A stretch of DNA of 64,000 bases from Biomphalaria glabrata. Its lineage: Eukaryota. The stretch is taken from assembly GCF_947242115.1 (NCBI RefSeq), contig NC_074716.1, positions 24,112,637 to 24,176,636 on the forward strand. Direction: 5' to 3'. The translations under genes and the position numbers were made by a program. Shown here one piece after another: positions 61,241-64,000 of this stretch. Under the pieces are notes generated by a model. It searched no databases, was not told where the DNA came from, and saw only the letters and a program-made list of their open reading frames with translations. Each line of letters starts with the position of its first letter. Positions within the stretch are counted from its first letter, which is position 1.

Positions 61241-63029
61241 GCGCCACACATTCATGGAGGTCCTCGGAGCAGGTGAAAAGAGGCTTCAGAAATTACCAGT
61301 GACAGATTTTTGTGGAAACAGCTTGACGGCTAATGCGCCGAACGGCGCGGCAGGGTCTTAGTCAGTAATTATAGCACATACATTTTTGAAATAAGACTTT
61401 TTAATAGCAGAAAAATGCACTGTAGATACCTCAGAATATGCATTTTGTTGGCATTCTATGCCCGAAATAGTGCTTGGCGGCGGGGCTCCGCCCCGTTCTA
61501 AGGTGAGCACATAGAGCTCCCCCAGACCCCCTTGCTGGTAATGGAGGAGAGTCAACAATTTTTTCACTAACTCCAGGAAGAACCTATTCTAGGGCACAAT
61601 AAACGTGTTCCAAAAGAATGAAGGGTCAGAATGTAATAAAGATTATGAACACACACACACATACATATATACAAATATTTTTTCGCGAGGGGGGGGGGGC
61701 GGGGGATGGGGAGAAAAAATCCCCCCTAACCCCCCCCCCCCCCCCCCGAAATAAAAATCCTGGCTACGCCCATGATATATATATTTATTTAAAATAGTGT
61801 TTTTTGTAGTTTTTTTTTTTTGTACAATTTAATTTTAATAATTCGATCTACATTAGGTCGAAACGGTGGGTAACGCTAGTCTTTTCTAATTACTGTGATT
61901 TAAGCGGGACGGAAGGACACAAACTAATATCGGCTATTTTTCTTTCTAGGGCTTCTAAAAAAAAAGTAATAGTAGGTAGGCCATGGTAGGCTAATATTTG
62001 GTTCAATTTGTGGCGACCTTCAAGGGATGTAATTCCCCGGAACTAGATCTAGACTGTTTTTATAAAATGGCGTAGTAAAGGAAAAGGTAAAGTCTTCCAA
62101 AAAACATATTGCCACCAACGTTGGAAAAGCCATTATGAATATTGTTTTTAGAGTTGCATTTTGATAATAAAAGTAAGTTTGCAGGTGTAAAAATTGCGGT
62201 AAATTTTCATATGGATTATTTGTTTCCGCTAAGCGTGTGCATTGGACTCAATTGGAGTGACTGGTACTTAGTTAACTTAGTTAGTACTACTGCTAGTACT
62301 GGTAGAGTAGTCAGTAACTCTGAGTAACTGTAGTCAGTGTAGACTAGTGTAAGTGTAGTGATGAGTCGTCTGAGTAAGAAGTAGAAGTTTCTCAGTTTTC
62401 TGAAGAGTAACTCTGTAGTCAGAGTAGTGAGAGTAAGTAAATGAGAGTCGACTCAGTTACTCAGTCTGAGAGTTGAGAGTACTGAGTAGTCTACTCAACT
62501 GGCTACTACTACTACTGGTGTACTCACACACAGTACTGCACTCCTGTTGACTGCTCAGTTGATACTTCTGTAATCTGTATTAGTACTATTACTCTAGTAT
62601 TGGATATTGGTCTACTCAATACTTATATAATAAAATATAAATACTGTGAGTGTGATGTATTCAAATTGTTACTGTTACTCATTTACTGTTATGTTAGTAG
62701 TGTTAGTACTGTTCTGAGTCTTAGTGTTCAGCAGTTGTTTAGTCTTAGTAGTAAATAGTTAAAAAAGTACATAGTTAACATAGTAGATGAAGAAAATTCT
62801 AGATTTAGATCTTGTGACACTCTACTGAGTCTACTCTAGTGATTGTAATCAACTCAAGTGACTAGTCACTATAGAAGTACTGTACTGTAGTAGTATACTA
62901 GATCTAGAGTCTAGTAGTGACTTTCTAGTCAATCAAGAGTATAATAATATATATATATATGACTTTGGATTCTTGATCTAATAATAATAAATAAATCTTT
63001 TTTTTTATAGTTTTTTTTAAAGATCTATA

Positions 63030-63535
63030 TTGTTAAGATTTTTTCTACCAGGCCTTCTGTAAACGCTGCTCAACACAACACATCTAATAAAAGAAGTTGA
63101 CAACAAGAGCTCCAAATAATATTATATTATATATAATATGTGGTTTAATTAATAACCGTAGAAATATATCAACAGCCAAAACTACACAATCGGCTACTCA
63201 CTGCTGCTATACTGTACTAACTTTACTAGACTAGTCTCCCAGGACGCTACATTTTTGAGGACATATTATATATTGTACCACACCGTCCTTGATGTCCTGA
63301 CCTGAACTCCTTACACACTCTGACTCTGGTCCAGGAAAGCTTTTGATCACATGACCATAACACAGGTCATATTTAATTTGTATAATATTATATATAGGTA
63401 CTAGTAGAACTACACCTTGCCAATTGACAGCTGTTGACCTGTGTCATTTGCCTGAGTCACGTGTGTGAGTAGGTTTCACACACATTAACCCAGTCAGCCA
63501 CTGGAGCTAAAACAAAGGCTATTATAGGCCCCTAT
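63030..63535 (+). mobile_element. MITE-like repeat, copy 2, adjacent to (AT)n
   Basis: See copy 1. Confidence 0.6.
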
Positions 63536-64000
63536 ATAATATTAGTCAATCATCTTACATAACAGCAACAATGTTGCTTCAAAAGAAAAGATTACACCCT
63601 AGGTGCATTTCACACACATTTCAATCAAGACATGTATGTTAACCATTGTTTTAAACTCTGCTAAGTTGTTGTTGATGTTTTCTGGCTAATTCCATGCTCT
63701 AGTTCTTATGGCAATGGGGAAGAAGGAGCACTTGTGTACGATTTTGTCATAAATTTGGAATAAGAAAATATGTACCTTTGTCTTTGTGTCTTTCTGAGTA
63801 TCTTTAAAGATTTTGTTTTTGTATAATTTGTAAATTATGTATAGTATGTTTTTTTATGTATAATTACTACTTTACTTGATTGTCTTCTTAATTTAGTTCT
63901 ATATTTAGTGATTTTACCAATGGTGTTACTCTTAATCAAATGTGAATATTTATTTGCTATAAATTTCAAGGCTCTATTTTGCATAGAATCTGTTTGTTTC

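Larger units (their letters stand above)
59730..61774. mobile_element. Composite TIR-bounded element with TIR CATGGGCGTAGCCAGG... related to the 32454 element. Contains G/C homopolymers, roughly 30-bp and 100-bp tandem arrays and an RTE fragment. Sits between (TA)n tracts.
   Basis: catgggcgtagccagggggg at 59730 and cctggctacgcccatg at 61759-61774 are inverted. About 100 bp of imperfect similarity runs inward from each end. Both flanks are (TA)n, so a TSD of ATATATAT is possible. Confidence 0.6.

Noticed and set aside
1-64000. Prokaryotic-style novel defence or operon system, as hinted by the task
   Set aside because: The sequence has spliceosomal introns with GT-AG boundaries, SINEs, LINEs and DNA transposons, and a multi-exon PARP4 ortholog. 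It is unambiguously eukaryotic, with no operon-like gene arrays.

Overview
This is eukaryotic (metazoan) genomic DNA, AT-rich and full of transposable-element fragments. There are no prokaryotic operons, CRISPR arrays or rRNA/tRNA genes. The tRNA-like A/B-box sequences present are heads of a tRNA-derived SINE family with at least 6 copies. One very large gene on the minus strand dominates the window: an ortholog of PARP4 (vault poly(ADP-ribose) polymerase). It starts at an ATG at 54773 and runs to a stop codon near 10672, about 44 kb. I reconstructed about 40 exons from GT/AG splice sites and in-frame homology to PARP4, recalled from memory. The domain order is BRCT, PARP helical and catalytic, VIT, vWA, then an S/P-rich tail. 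All 38 junctions from exon 1 to the giant S/P-rich exon have compatible phases. Between the conserved 'FTSFIAVEKR/LPYMGW' exons and the K/R-rich plus S/P-rich tail, the reconstructed reading frame contains a canonical ubiquitin-like domain ending in LRGG (exon 30658-30924). This is followed by six symmetric phase-1 cassette exons in a tandem triplication of a roughly 2-kb unit (24.8-30.4 kb). That architecture is not known for vertebrate PARP4 and is the most interesting signal in the window. The introns and flanks hold several families of mobile elements. Two copies of a foldback-type element have terminal arrays of a 15-mer (GGGGATGAARTGACC, P-element-like) and 8-bp TSDs. Two hAT-like non-autonomous elements have related TIRs (CAGTGGCGTAGCTAGG and CATGGGCGTAGCCAGG) and 8-bp TSDs. 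A degenerate non-LTR retrotransposon 3' portion carries an RNase H domain. Four 3'-tail fragments come from a CR1/RTE-like LINE, plus one RTE-type fragment. A roughly 500-bp MITE-like repeat is present twice, alongside many minisatellites and (TA)n tracts. Exon coordinates are hand-derived and should be treated as accurate to about 3 bp. The ORF track evidently uses alternative start codons, so its leading 'M' is not always ATG.
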